Shown: positions 8,266-15,574 of the stretch, piece by piece
Layout: each line of letters opens with the position of its first letter
How positions within the stretch are numbered: position 1 is the stretch's first letter
Program-made: the position numbers and the translations under genes
NCBI RefSeq assembly: GCF_008000775.2
Contig: NZ_CP042905.2
Coordinates: 4,140,001 to 4,172,000, forward strand
Direction: 5' to 3'
DNA: 32,000 nucleotides
Source: Promethearchaeum syntrophicum
GTDB taxonomy: Archaea; Asgardarchaeota; Lokiarchaeia; Sigyniarchaeales; Promethearchaeaceae
Notes under the pieces: generated by a model
Told to the model about the DNA's origin: nothing
Seen by the model: the letters and a program-made list of their open reading frames with translations, nothing else
Databases searched by the model: none

Positions 8266-9893
8266 TTAAACTTAATATTGATTCACATGAAATTCCTATT
8301 AATCAAAAACTGATGTTTCTCCAAGGAAATTATGATATTAATACAATTGAGAATCTTCCTTATTCTTGGATTGACTGGAATGAAAATCTAGAGATTTTAT
8401 TTAGAGACTCAGATTTGTTGATTGAATTTTTTTCACGTTTAAATTCCATTATCACTCATCAAAATTCAAAAAAAATAGGTTTAATATCTGATATCTGGAG
8501 AAATCTATATTCTACATTAAAAGAAAATAAAAATAATATTGCAAAATATGAAAAATTCAATGAGCTCAGTAAAAATTTGCGAAGTAAATCAAATTTGCTT
8601 CAAGATATTGAACGTTTAGAGTTAATGGAAAAAAATCTTGACCAAATGGTAAATCAAAGCATCTTTCAAAGTAAAAAAGATTTATTGCTTAAATTAGAAA
8701 AATTACTCGTAACACAAACTACAGAATTTAATATTCAATCTGATGAATTTTTTGTTAATAAACAAAGAGTTGATGAAAATCTTGCAATAATAACAAAATT
8801 TGACAACAATTTATCACGATTAAAGCAAGAACAAAGAATATTATTTAAGGAAACAAACGAACTCACAAAACAAATGGATTCTTTGGAGCCTTTAATGAAT
8901 GTTTATCAAGAAAAGCTTGAAGTGATTGATTCCTATAAAAATGGTAAAGATTATAATAGAATTAAAAAGAAATTCGAAGATATTGTAAAGGAACATGAAG
9001 ATTGCAAAAACGATAGAGTCCTCAAAATTAAAAAAAGCAAAGATATTACTCAAAAAATGCGGAATTTGCGAGTTCAGATTAAAAAAAATAACAATGATTT
9101 AAGAAAATTAGATTTGTCAAAGTTTAATGAAATTAAAAAAAACTATGAAGATTTAAAAACCGATCTCGAAAATACAAAAACTCAGATTACCTCAGTTCGA
9201 TTAGAAATTGATTCAATGTTAAATAACAGTGAAAAAAATGTCTCTCAAAATGATTTAAATCAAGATGATATGTTTTATTCAAACCCCACCGAAATTAAAG
9301 AACAATTGAAAAAGAAACGAAATCTAATCAGCCAAATCAATGATTTCTTTGAGAATACATATGATACCACCGATTTAGAGATAATTAAAAAGAAAATTGA
9401 TGCTGATAGAAGAAATTTATTGGATGAACTTACTTCCAATTCAGAAAAGCTTCAACTTTCATCTGAGAAATCTCACTATTATGAAGATTTATTAAAGAGA
9501 ATTAAAGAAATTCAATCATGGATGAATAAATTTTTGAGCAAAATTGATATGAAAATATCATTCTCTCTAGCATTTGATAAAGAAAACCTGAAATTAACAA
9601 ATAAAATTATGAAAAAAAATCAATATATCAACTTTAACACGGATTTAAAAAGAATTGAAAAAGCGTTTTTTTATTTTAGTGCGATAATTAGCAGTTACTT
9701 AGGAGAAAACTATAGGTTTATTCCCATAAGGATTAATAAATTGCCAAAATTTATGATAACGAAACAAAATTTCATAAAAAATATCAAAATGCTTGATGAT
9801 ATGTGTGAGGAATTACCTGAAGATATTAATATTATATTTTTTTTAGAAGAAAACAAGTTCGAAATTCCGTTAGAAATTATTAAAATTGACTAA
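8262..9893 (+). CDS. Long coiled-coil protein with SMC/Rad50/RecF-like end regions lacking a P-loop and Walker B (candidate degenerate SMC-like protein), operon gene 7
   Basis: AGGAG lies upstream. The N-terminus MIKLNIDSHEIPINQKLMFLQGNYDINTIENLPYS follows the SMC-head beta-strand pattern but has no GxxGxGKS. The central roughly 350 aa are K/E/L/N-rich heptad-like sequence. The C-terminus LKRIEKAFFYFSAIISSYLGENYRFIPIRINKL...INIIFFLEE mimics the signature/Walker-B/D-loop layout without the catalytic residues. Confidence 0.8.
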   Translation: MIKLNIDSHEIPINQKLMFLQGNYDINTIENLPYSWIDWNENLEILFRDSDLLIEFFSRLNSIITHQNSKKIGLISDIWRNLYSTLKENKNNIAKYEKFNELSKNLRSKSNLLQDIERLELMEKNLDQMVNQSIFQSKKDLLLKLEKLLVTQTTEFNIQSDEFFVNKQRVDENLAIITKFDNNLSRLKQEQRILFKETNELTKQMDSLEPLMNVYQEKLEVIDSYKNGKDYNRIKKKFEDIVKEHEDCKNDRVLKIKKSKDITQKMRNLRVQIKKNNNDLRKLDLSKFNEIKKNYEDLKTDLENTKTQITSVRLEIDSMLNNSEKNVSQNDLNQDDMFYSNPTEIKEQLKKKRNLISQINDFFENTYDTTDLEIIKKKIDADRRNLLDELTSNSEKLQLSSEKSHYYEDLLKRIKEIQSWMNKFLSKIDMKISFSLAFDKENLKLTNKIMKKNQYINFNTDLKRIEKAFFYFSAIISSYLGENYRFIPIRINKLPKFMITKQNFIKNIKMLDDMCEELPEDINIIFFLEENKFEIPLEIIKID

Positions 9894-9908
9894 AGAAGGT
9901 GGAAAACT

Positions 9909-10649
9909 TTGGCGAATGAAGTACTTTTACAGCAAATAAGTAGATTAATAATCCAGAATAAGAAAAAAATAGTTAACGAAAGAGATATAATAAATTTGTG
10001 TTCAAATGATGAAGAATATAAAGAAATACTCCCCATTTTAGTTCAGAATTTCAAACTTATAGGATTTTCCTTAATTCGAACAACTTTTCAAGGAAAGAGA
10101 TATTTCGTTTTAACAACTCCGGGAAAAGACGATATTATTTCTCCAAGTATGTACGGGACATTAGGATTGATTATTGCATTACATAATGAAGTCGGAAGAG
10201 AAATCGAATTAATTAAAATTAAACAGATTTTTAAAGAATTATGGGATGAAATTGAAGAATTAATCACGCATAACTACCTTCAAATTTCGAAAAATAAAGG
10301 ATCAGAGACACTAACTATAACTCCAATAGGAAAAGCGGCTTTTAAAAATATTTTGAAGGAGTTAAATCTTCCAAAAATTCTGACCTTCCAAGGTCTTGAT
10401 GAAACAATAATATCAACAGATGAACCATTAACAGAAACCGAAAAGAAAATAACAACCAAAAAGAAAACTACAAAGAAAAAGACTACAAAAAAGAAGACCA
10501 CTAAAAAAAAAACTACTAAGAAAAAGACTACTAAGAAGAAAACTACTAAGAAAAAGACTACTAAGAAGAAAACTACAAAGAAAAAGACCACTAAAAAGAA
10601 AACTACTAAGAAAAAGACTACTAAAAAGAAAACAACTAAGAAAAAATAA
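9909..10649 (+). CDS. Tandem winged-helix (kite/ScpB/MAGE-like pattern) protein with a C-terminal 13 x TTKKK tail, operon gene 8
   Basis: TTG start with GGTGG 7 nt upstream. Segments EYKEILPILVQNFKLIGFSLIRTTFQGKRYFVLT and YGTLGLIIALHNEVGREIELIKIKQIF...LITHNYLQISKNKGSETLTITPIGKAAF fit a two-WH pattern by eye. The tail is described below. Confidence 0.8.
   Translation: MANEVLLQQISRLIIQNKKKIVNERDIINLCSNDEEYKEILPILVQNFKLIGFSLIRTTFQGKRYFVLTTPGKDDIISPSMYGTLGLIIALHNEVGREIELIKIKQIFKELWDEIEELITHNYLQISKNKGSETLTITPIGKAAFKNILKELNLPKILTFQGLDETIISTDEPLTETEKKITTKKKTTKKKTTKKKTTKKKTTKKKTTKKKTTKKKTTKKKTTKKKTTKKKTTKKKTTKKKTTKKK
10452..10646 (+). repeat. In-frame 15-bp tandem repeat (13 units) encoding (TTKKK)13
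   Basis: Codon-by-codon reading gives 13 Thr-Thr-Lys-Lys-Lys units. Synonymous variation is present (aca/act/acc; aaa/aag). A 30-bp higher-order unit, actactaagaaaaagactactaagaagaaa, recurs. Confidence 0.95.
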
Positions 10650-10654
10650 AGCAA

Positions 10655-11821
10655 TTACAATTTATGTACGCCATCAGATGGAGTAACTTCGTAAGTAATT
10701 GCTGTTAATCCGAATTTTTCTTGGTATCCTTTTAATTTTGATATATATTCAGGAATTGCCTTCTTTTCTATCAATGTTAGAGTACACCCTCCAAAACCCG
10801 CACCGATCATCCTTGAACCATAACATCCTTCAATATTTTGGGCTGTTTCAACTAACCAATCCAATTCTGCACACGAAACTTCATAATATAATTTTAAACT
10901 TTCATGGGAGTCGTTCATTAATTGCCCGAATTTTTTTAAATCTCCATTTTTTAAGAATTTTTCAGCTTCAATAACTCGGTCATTTTCAGATATCACATGG
11001 AAAGCCCTTTTTTTTTGTTCGGGAGTGAAAAATTCACGAGATTTTTCATAATCCCCCATATTATAGTCTCGTAAAGATTTTCCGGGTTTAATTTCATTTA
11101 AAACTTTAACAGCTTCTTCACATTCAAAAACTCGTTCATTATATTTGGAAACGCTTAATTTGTGACTTACATTGGAATTTGTAATGATAAATCCTACAGA
11201 CTTTAATTTTAAAGGAATGTATCGATGATCGAGGGATCTACAATCTAAGAAAAATGCATTTCCAGCTTTTCCAAATTTTGCGGTAAATTGATCCATAATA
11301 CCACATCTTACCCCTACAACCTCTTGTTCCGCTTGTTGACAATATTTAGCCAGATCTTTATCTTTGATTTTCAATTTATATAATTGTTGAATCCCATAAG
11401 CTACAGCAACTTCTAATGCAGCAGATGAAGATAATCCTGCACCTTGTGGAATTGATCCCGTGAAAGAAACTCTTACACCACCAAATTTATGTCCGTGTTT
11501 TTGTAATATTTTAACAACTCCAATTGGATAATTTGCCCAATCATCACTACCGCTACTTTTCATTAAATATGCATACAAAGAAACGATTTTTTTTTCCTTA
11601 TCTAATGAGTAAACTGAAATTACCTCAGAATCTTGTATCCGCGAAATAGCTAAATCTATTCCAAGAGAAATAGCCATGGGTAACACAAATCCATCATTGT
11701 AGTCAGTGTGTTCCCCGATCAAATTAACTCGACCAGGAGAGTGGATAATTAACTCTGGAACCTCACCATATATCTCTTTATGTTTATCTATCAAAAGATT
11801 CTTATTTTTCATTTCCAACAA
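10655..11821 (-). CDS. galK: Galactokinase (GHMP kinase family)
   Basis: PGRVNLIGEHTDYNDGFVLP is the galactokinase signature and PQGAGLSSSAA is GHMP motif II. The C-terminal GAGFGGC is also present. Start is TTG at 11821 or ATG at 11812. Confidence 0.9.
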   Translation of the reverse strand: MLEMKNKNLLIDKHKEIYGEVPELIIHSPGRVNLIGEHTDYNDGFVLPMAISLGIDLAISRIQDSEVISVYSLDKEKKIVSLYAYLMKSSGSDDWANYPIGVVKILQKHGHKFGGVRVSFTGSIPQGAGLSSSAALEVAVAYGIQQLYKLKIKDKDLAKYCQQAEQEVVGVRCGIMDQFTAKFGKAGNAFFLDCRSLDHRYIPLKLKSVGFIITNSNVSHKLSVSKYNERVFECEEAVKVLNEIKPGKSLRDYNMGDYEKSREFFTPEQKKRAFHVISENDRVIEAEKFLKNGDLKKFGQLMNDSHESLKLYYEVSCAELDWLVETAQNIEGCYGSRMIGAGFGGCTLTLIEKKAIPEYISKLKGYQEKFGLTAITYEVTPSDGVHKL

Positions 11822-11904
11822 TAACTAGTATTCATATATGTAAAAAAGACTTACCAACAACGATTATATGTTGAAGCAAAAAAGAAGAAAAAGAAAAAAA
11901 ATTT

Positions 11905-12345
11905 TTATCTTAAATCCATTTCAGCACAAAAATTATCAAATAAGCGCTTTATTCTATCGTGAGTTGGACCCCGTCCTTCAACTCCAGACTCAGTAATGAT
12001 GATTTTTCCACCTAAAAGTTTAATTGAACCACCATCATCATGTAATTCAATGCTTTCGTCTGGAAGAATCTTTCTTAATCTTTCCACAAGTTTATCCATC
12101 GGAAAAGGCTCTCCTTCAATTGCGATGGACTCCCATATTCCCCGAATAAAAATTTTCTCAGTTTTTTGCCTTTTCTCATTAATAGCATTAGCAAGGCAAA
12201 TTGATAATGAATTTACTTCAAATCCTACAAGACGACCAGTATAGTAGTGCCCTTTCTCTTTATCAATAACCACTCTAACCATCGAATTGAGGGCTTGTAC
12301 AATTTCTTTATTAAATTCTCGCGCAGCATTGGATGCGATGCTCAT
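11905..12345 (-). CDS. Sm-like (LSm) fold protein with a C-terminal extension
   Basis: VRVVIDKEKGHYYTGRLVGFEVNSLSICLANA...IFIRGIWESIAIE fits the Sm1/Sm2 motif pattern (G..D..hN..L......IRG..I). An extra domain of about 65 aa follows. Confidence 0.5.
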   Translation of the reverse strand: MSIASNAAREFNKEIVQALNSMVRVVIDKEKGHYYTGRLVGFEVNSLSICLANAINEKRQKTEKIFIRGIWESIAIEGEPFPMDKLVERLRKILPDESIELHDDGGSIKLLGGKIIITESGVEGRGPTHDRIKRLFDNFCAEMDLR

Positions 12346-12422
12346 AATATCTTTAATATTTAAATTCTCAAAAACTTTGCGAAAAATGTTAAAGGAGAAA
12401 ATAATTAAAGAAATTACCGATT

Positions 12423-14438
12423 ATGAAAGAAAAATCCAAAATCCATGGTAAAAAATTAAATCCAGCAGAAATAAATGATTTGATTTTGGATTATGAAATT
12501 CTTCCTAAAACACATTCACCAATGTATTTGATGCATAAGTATTGGGCTAGAAAACCCGCAAATATCGTTGCTAATTACATTAAACGCTATTGTCCGCAAG
12601 AAGGTATTGTTTTAGACCCCTTCATGGGATCGGGAGTAACAATTTTAGAATCAATTTTTAGTAATCGTTTAGCCATTGGTATTGACGTGAATCCTATGGC
12701 AAATTTTATAACAAAAAATACTGGAATTTACGCCGATATATATAAACTAGAAACCGCATTTCAAATAATTAAAAATGAAGTTGAAAAAAAAAATTCTATA
12801 TTCTCACTTCTCTATGAAATTCAATGTGATTCGTGTAAAAACAGTAAAGCGATAATTACTCACATAATATGGTTAAAAAAGAAAGAAGATTTGAATCATC
12901 AAATAGAAGAGATCAGATATAAGTGTTCAAATTGCGGAGAAATAGTTATAAATAATTCAGATCTTAATTCTAGTTTTATTTCAATGAAAGAATTTATTTT
13001 GAATCAGGAGATAAATGCTTTAACATTTCTTTCTAAAGACGAAATAAAAAATCCGAATGTTTCATTCAAATATACAAATAATCAAGCGTTTATACAATTG
13101 CGACATAATTTACGAAAACAACCAGAACTAACCGAACTATTTACACAACGGAATTATGCTTTTTTGGTTTTTTTAATTCATATAATTAATAAATTATCAG
13201 ATAACTACGAAAATGAGAAAGAACTCTTAAAATTCTGCTTTACTAGCTCATTAGCACAAGCAAGTAAAATGGTTTGGGTCATCAATAAACGTAAGGGAAA
13301 AGCATTAAAAAAAAAACAAGTAGGTTCTTGGACCCACCACTTTTTTTGGGATCCATCAAATTTTTTCGAGGTTAATGCATGGAATTGCTTTAAACATAGA
13401 TATTCTAAATTAAAAAATGGAAAAATCGATTCTAATAAAAGAAATAAGAATTCAAATTCAACTTTTAAATTGGCAGATTCTTTTAGTGATCTTTCAATTA
13501 AAAAGCCTGTTCTCCTATGGAATACATCTTCAACGAAATTGGAACTACCAAATAATACTGTAGATTTTGTTTTTACTGATCCTCCTTACGGAGATTCTAT
13601 CCAATATGGTGAACTTTCAACTTTATGGAATGCCTGGTTAGATGTCGATATGGATCGATATAAAAAAAAAATGGAATTGAATGAAATTATAATCAATACA
13701 CATCAAGGAAAAAATTTGAAATCATACGAATTTAACCTAAAAAAAGTATTCAGCGAAATTTTTAGAGTTTTAAAGCCAGATAAATATATGGTTTTGACTT
13801 TTCATAATACATCTTTCAAAATTCGTAATGCACTGATAAATTCAGTAGTATCTTGTGGTTTTGAATTATGTCAAATATTATTTCAGTTACCTCCACGAGT
13901 TTCTATTAAATCTATGCTACATCATGAAGGTTCTCCTATAGGAGATTATTATATTAGATTCCAAAAACCTCTTCAAAGCCTAGATGATAAGAAAAAAACC
14001 AAATTAAAAACCTTAGACAATGAAGAGATCTATAAGATAATTAAAGATAAAATTAGCGAAATCCTAAAAAAACGGGGAGAACCAACTAATTTCATGTGGA
14101 TTTCAAACTTTCTAGATGAAATGCTATATAAATCTCATATATTTCCAATAGATAATCTTGAATTCTATATTACAAGACTTAAAAACTCCAATTTTTTTCA
14201 TATTAGTAAAGAAGGAAAATGGTGGTTTACACATGATTCAATACCAAAAGATTGTGAAAAACCTTTAACTGCGCAAATTGAAGATTTCTTAGAAATTTAT
14301 CTTAAGGATCACTGGTTAGATGTTAAATTATCTGATAGGACAAAAAAGCAAAAAATATTTAATGAAATTTATCGAAAATTTCGCGGTGTATATAGTCCAG
14401 ATAAATTTGAAACTAATCAAATAATCGAAAAATCTTAA
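12423..14438 (+). CDS. DNA (N6-adenine/N4-cytosine type) methyltransferase with motif I before motif IV and an inserted Zn-ribbon (COG1743/DUF1156-like architecture)
   Basis: The N-terminus has HKYWARKP, then DPFMGSGVT (motif I, about 12615-12641). A Zn-ribbon CDSC...CSNCGE follows, then TDPPYG (motif IV, about 13575-13592). Confidence 0.85.
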   Translation: MKEKSKIHGKKLNPAEINDLILDYEILPKTHSPMYLMHKYWARKPANIVANYIKRYCPQEGIVLDPFMGSGVTILESIFSNRLAIGIDVNPMANFITKNTGIYADIYKLETAFQIIKNEVEKKNSIFSLLYEIQCDSCKNSKAIITHIIWLKKKEDLNHQIEEIRYKCSNCGEIVINNSDLNSSFISMKEFILNQEINALTFLSKDEIKNPNVSFKYTNNQAFIQLRHNLRKQPELTELFTQRNYAFLVFLIHIINKLSDNYENEKELLKFCFTSSLAQASKMVWVINKRKGKALKKKQVGSWTHHFFWDPSNFFEVNAWNCFKHRYSKLKNGKIDSNKRNKNSNSTFKLADSFSDLSIKKPVLLWNTSSTKLELPNNTVDFVFTDPPYGDSIQYGELSTLWNAWLDVDMDRYKKKMELNEIIINTHQGKNLKSYEFNLKKVFSEIFRVLKPDKYMVLTFHNTSFKIRNALINSVVSCGFELCQILFQLPPRVSIKSMLHHEGSPIGDYYIRFQKPLQSLDDKKKTKLKTLDNEEIYKIIKDKISEILKKRGEPTNFMWISNFLDEMLYKSHIFPIDNLEFYITRLKNSNFFHISKEGKWWFTHDSIPKDCEKPLTAQIEDFLEIYLKDHWLDVKLSDRTKKQKIFNEIYRKFRGVYSPDKFETNQIIEKS

Positions 14439-14509
14439 AAGATTTAATTTTTAATATAGTAGAAATTATATTTTTTACCTTCCCTATTAATATAGGAGAA
14501 AAATTAAAT

Positions 14510-15532
14510 TTGGCGAATTGTAGTTTTCCAGAATGCGATGAGGTCTTAAATTACTTACCTTTTCGATGCAGATACTGTGGTGGAACTTACTGTAAAAAAC
14601 ACAGACTACCAGAAAATCATAAATGTTCCTTTGAGCTTCAAATACAACCTAAGAAAGAGGTTTCCCAAGAATTAAAACATTTAAAAGAAGAAGAGAAAAA
14701 ATCTAAAAATAATCAAATTCCTGAAGATAAATCCTATGAACAAATCGATAAGGAAATGCGTAATTATATTCGAGAACAAGAAAGAGCTGCAATGCCCCCA
14801 CCTCCAAGTCGTACGAGAGGAACTTTTGGTAGTCGTTCAAGAGGATATTCTCCTTTTATTTCGAGATCCAGTAAGCCAATAGGGACTTACTCCTTAATGG
14901 GATTATCAACTTTATTTTTTATTCTCTCACAAATTCAAGTGATTCCAGAATATATTTTACTTAATTTAAATACTCTTAGATTTGAATTCTTAACCCACTT
15001 TCCTTCTTTTTTCACAGCAATATTAACTCCTAATGGTTTGATTTCATGGATATTTACATTACTCATTCTATTTTGGTCTGGTAAAGTAATTGAAATGCAG
15101 ATGGGAACTAAATTCTTATTAACATTATATTTACTATCTGGTATTGCAAACGGTTTTGCGATTATTTTACTCCAATCGATAGGTCTTTTTATTAATATTC
15201 CGTTTTTTACTGCTATGACATATAATTTAAATTTATATTCTACTCAAAATGGCGCGTATTATGGATTAATGGTATTTATTCTTTATCGAATCGGGTTAGA
15301 TCGTGAAATGCGATTTTATCTATATTTTATTCCTGTTAGAATGAAAGCTAAATACATTCTCTATTTCATGATTGGAATCCAATTAATATATGGAGGTTTT
15401 GGAATAGTGAGAATTTTACTTGAATTGGAGGGTGCATATTATATTTTATCTTCTTTACCCCAACTTGGAGGAATTTTAGTCGGAGCTTACTTCTGGAAGA
15501 AATTTGGACGTCAAATAGTGAATTTTGTGTAA
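14510..15532 (+). CDS. AN1-type zinc-finger protein fused to a rhomboid-like multi-pass membrane domain that appears to lack the catalytic Ser/His
   Basis: TTG start with GGAG upstream. The AN1 pattern is CSFPEC...FRCRYCGGTYCKKHRLPENHKC. The rhomboid-like layout is WSGKVIEMQMGTKFLLTLYLLSGIANG...TQNGAYYGL...PQLGGILVG. Confidence 0.75.
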   Translation: MANCSFPECDEVLNYLPFRCRYCGGTYCKKHRLPENHKCSFELQIQPKKEVSQELKHLKEEEKKSKNNQIPEDKSYEQIDKEMRNYIREQERAAMPPPPSRTRGTFGSRSRGYSPFISRSSKPIGTYSLMGLSTLFFILSQIQVIPEYILLNLNTLRFEFLTHFPSFFTAILTPNGLISWIFTLLILFWSGKVIEMQMGTKFLLTLYLLSGIANGFAIILLQSIGLFINIPFFTAMTYNLNLYSTQNGAYYGLMVFILYRIGLDREMRFYLYFIPVRMKAKYILYFMIGIQLIYGGFGIVRILLELEGAYYILSSLPQLGGILVGAYFWKKFGRQIVNFV

Positions 15533-15574
15533 ATGTTTTTTTTCTTGCAATAACTTTTTTACGATTAATTTGTA

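Noticed and set aside
10452-10646. Possible CRISPR array or non-coding microsatellite (also considered for 20066-20905)
   Set aside because: The units are contiguous with no unique spacers, are in frame within long ORFs, and translate to periodic peptide or complete domains. No cas-like genes are present.
6353-10649. ESCRT-like module (Vps4-type AAA plus ESCRT-II-type WH protein plus helical ESCRT-III-like protein)
   Set aside because: The AAA ATPase has no MIT-domain-sized N-terminal region. The 232-aa helical protein has a basic rather than acidic MIM-like C-terminus. The WH protein fits the ScpB/MAGE pattern better than a Vps25 pattern by eye.
10280-10654. 124-aa minus-strand ORF (FFLVVFF repeats)
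   Set aside because: It is the antisense reading of the (TTKKK)13 repeat, has no independent start context, and overlaps the well-supported + strand gene.
12423-14438. Complete restriction-modification system
   Set aside because: Only the methyltransferase is recognisable. The flanking genes are an Sm-like protein and an AN1-rhomboid-like protein, and no PD-(D/E)xK or HNH pattern was spotted.
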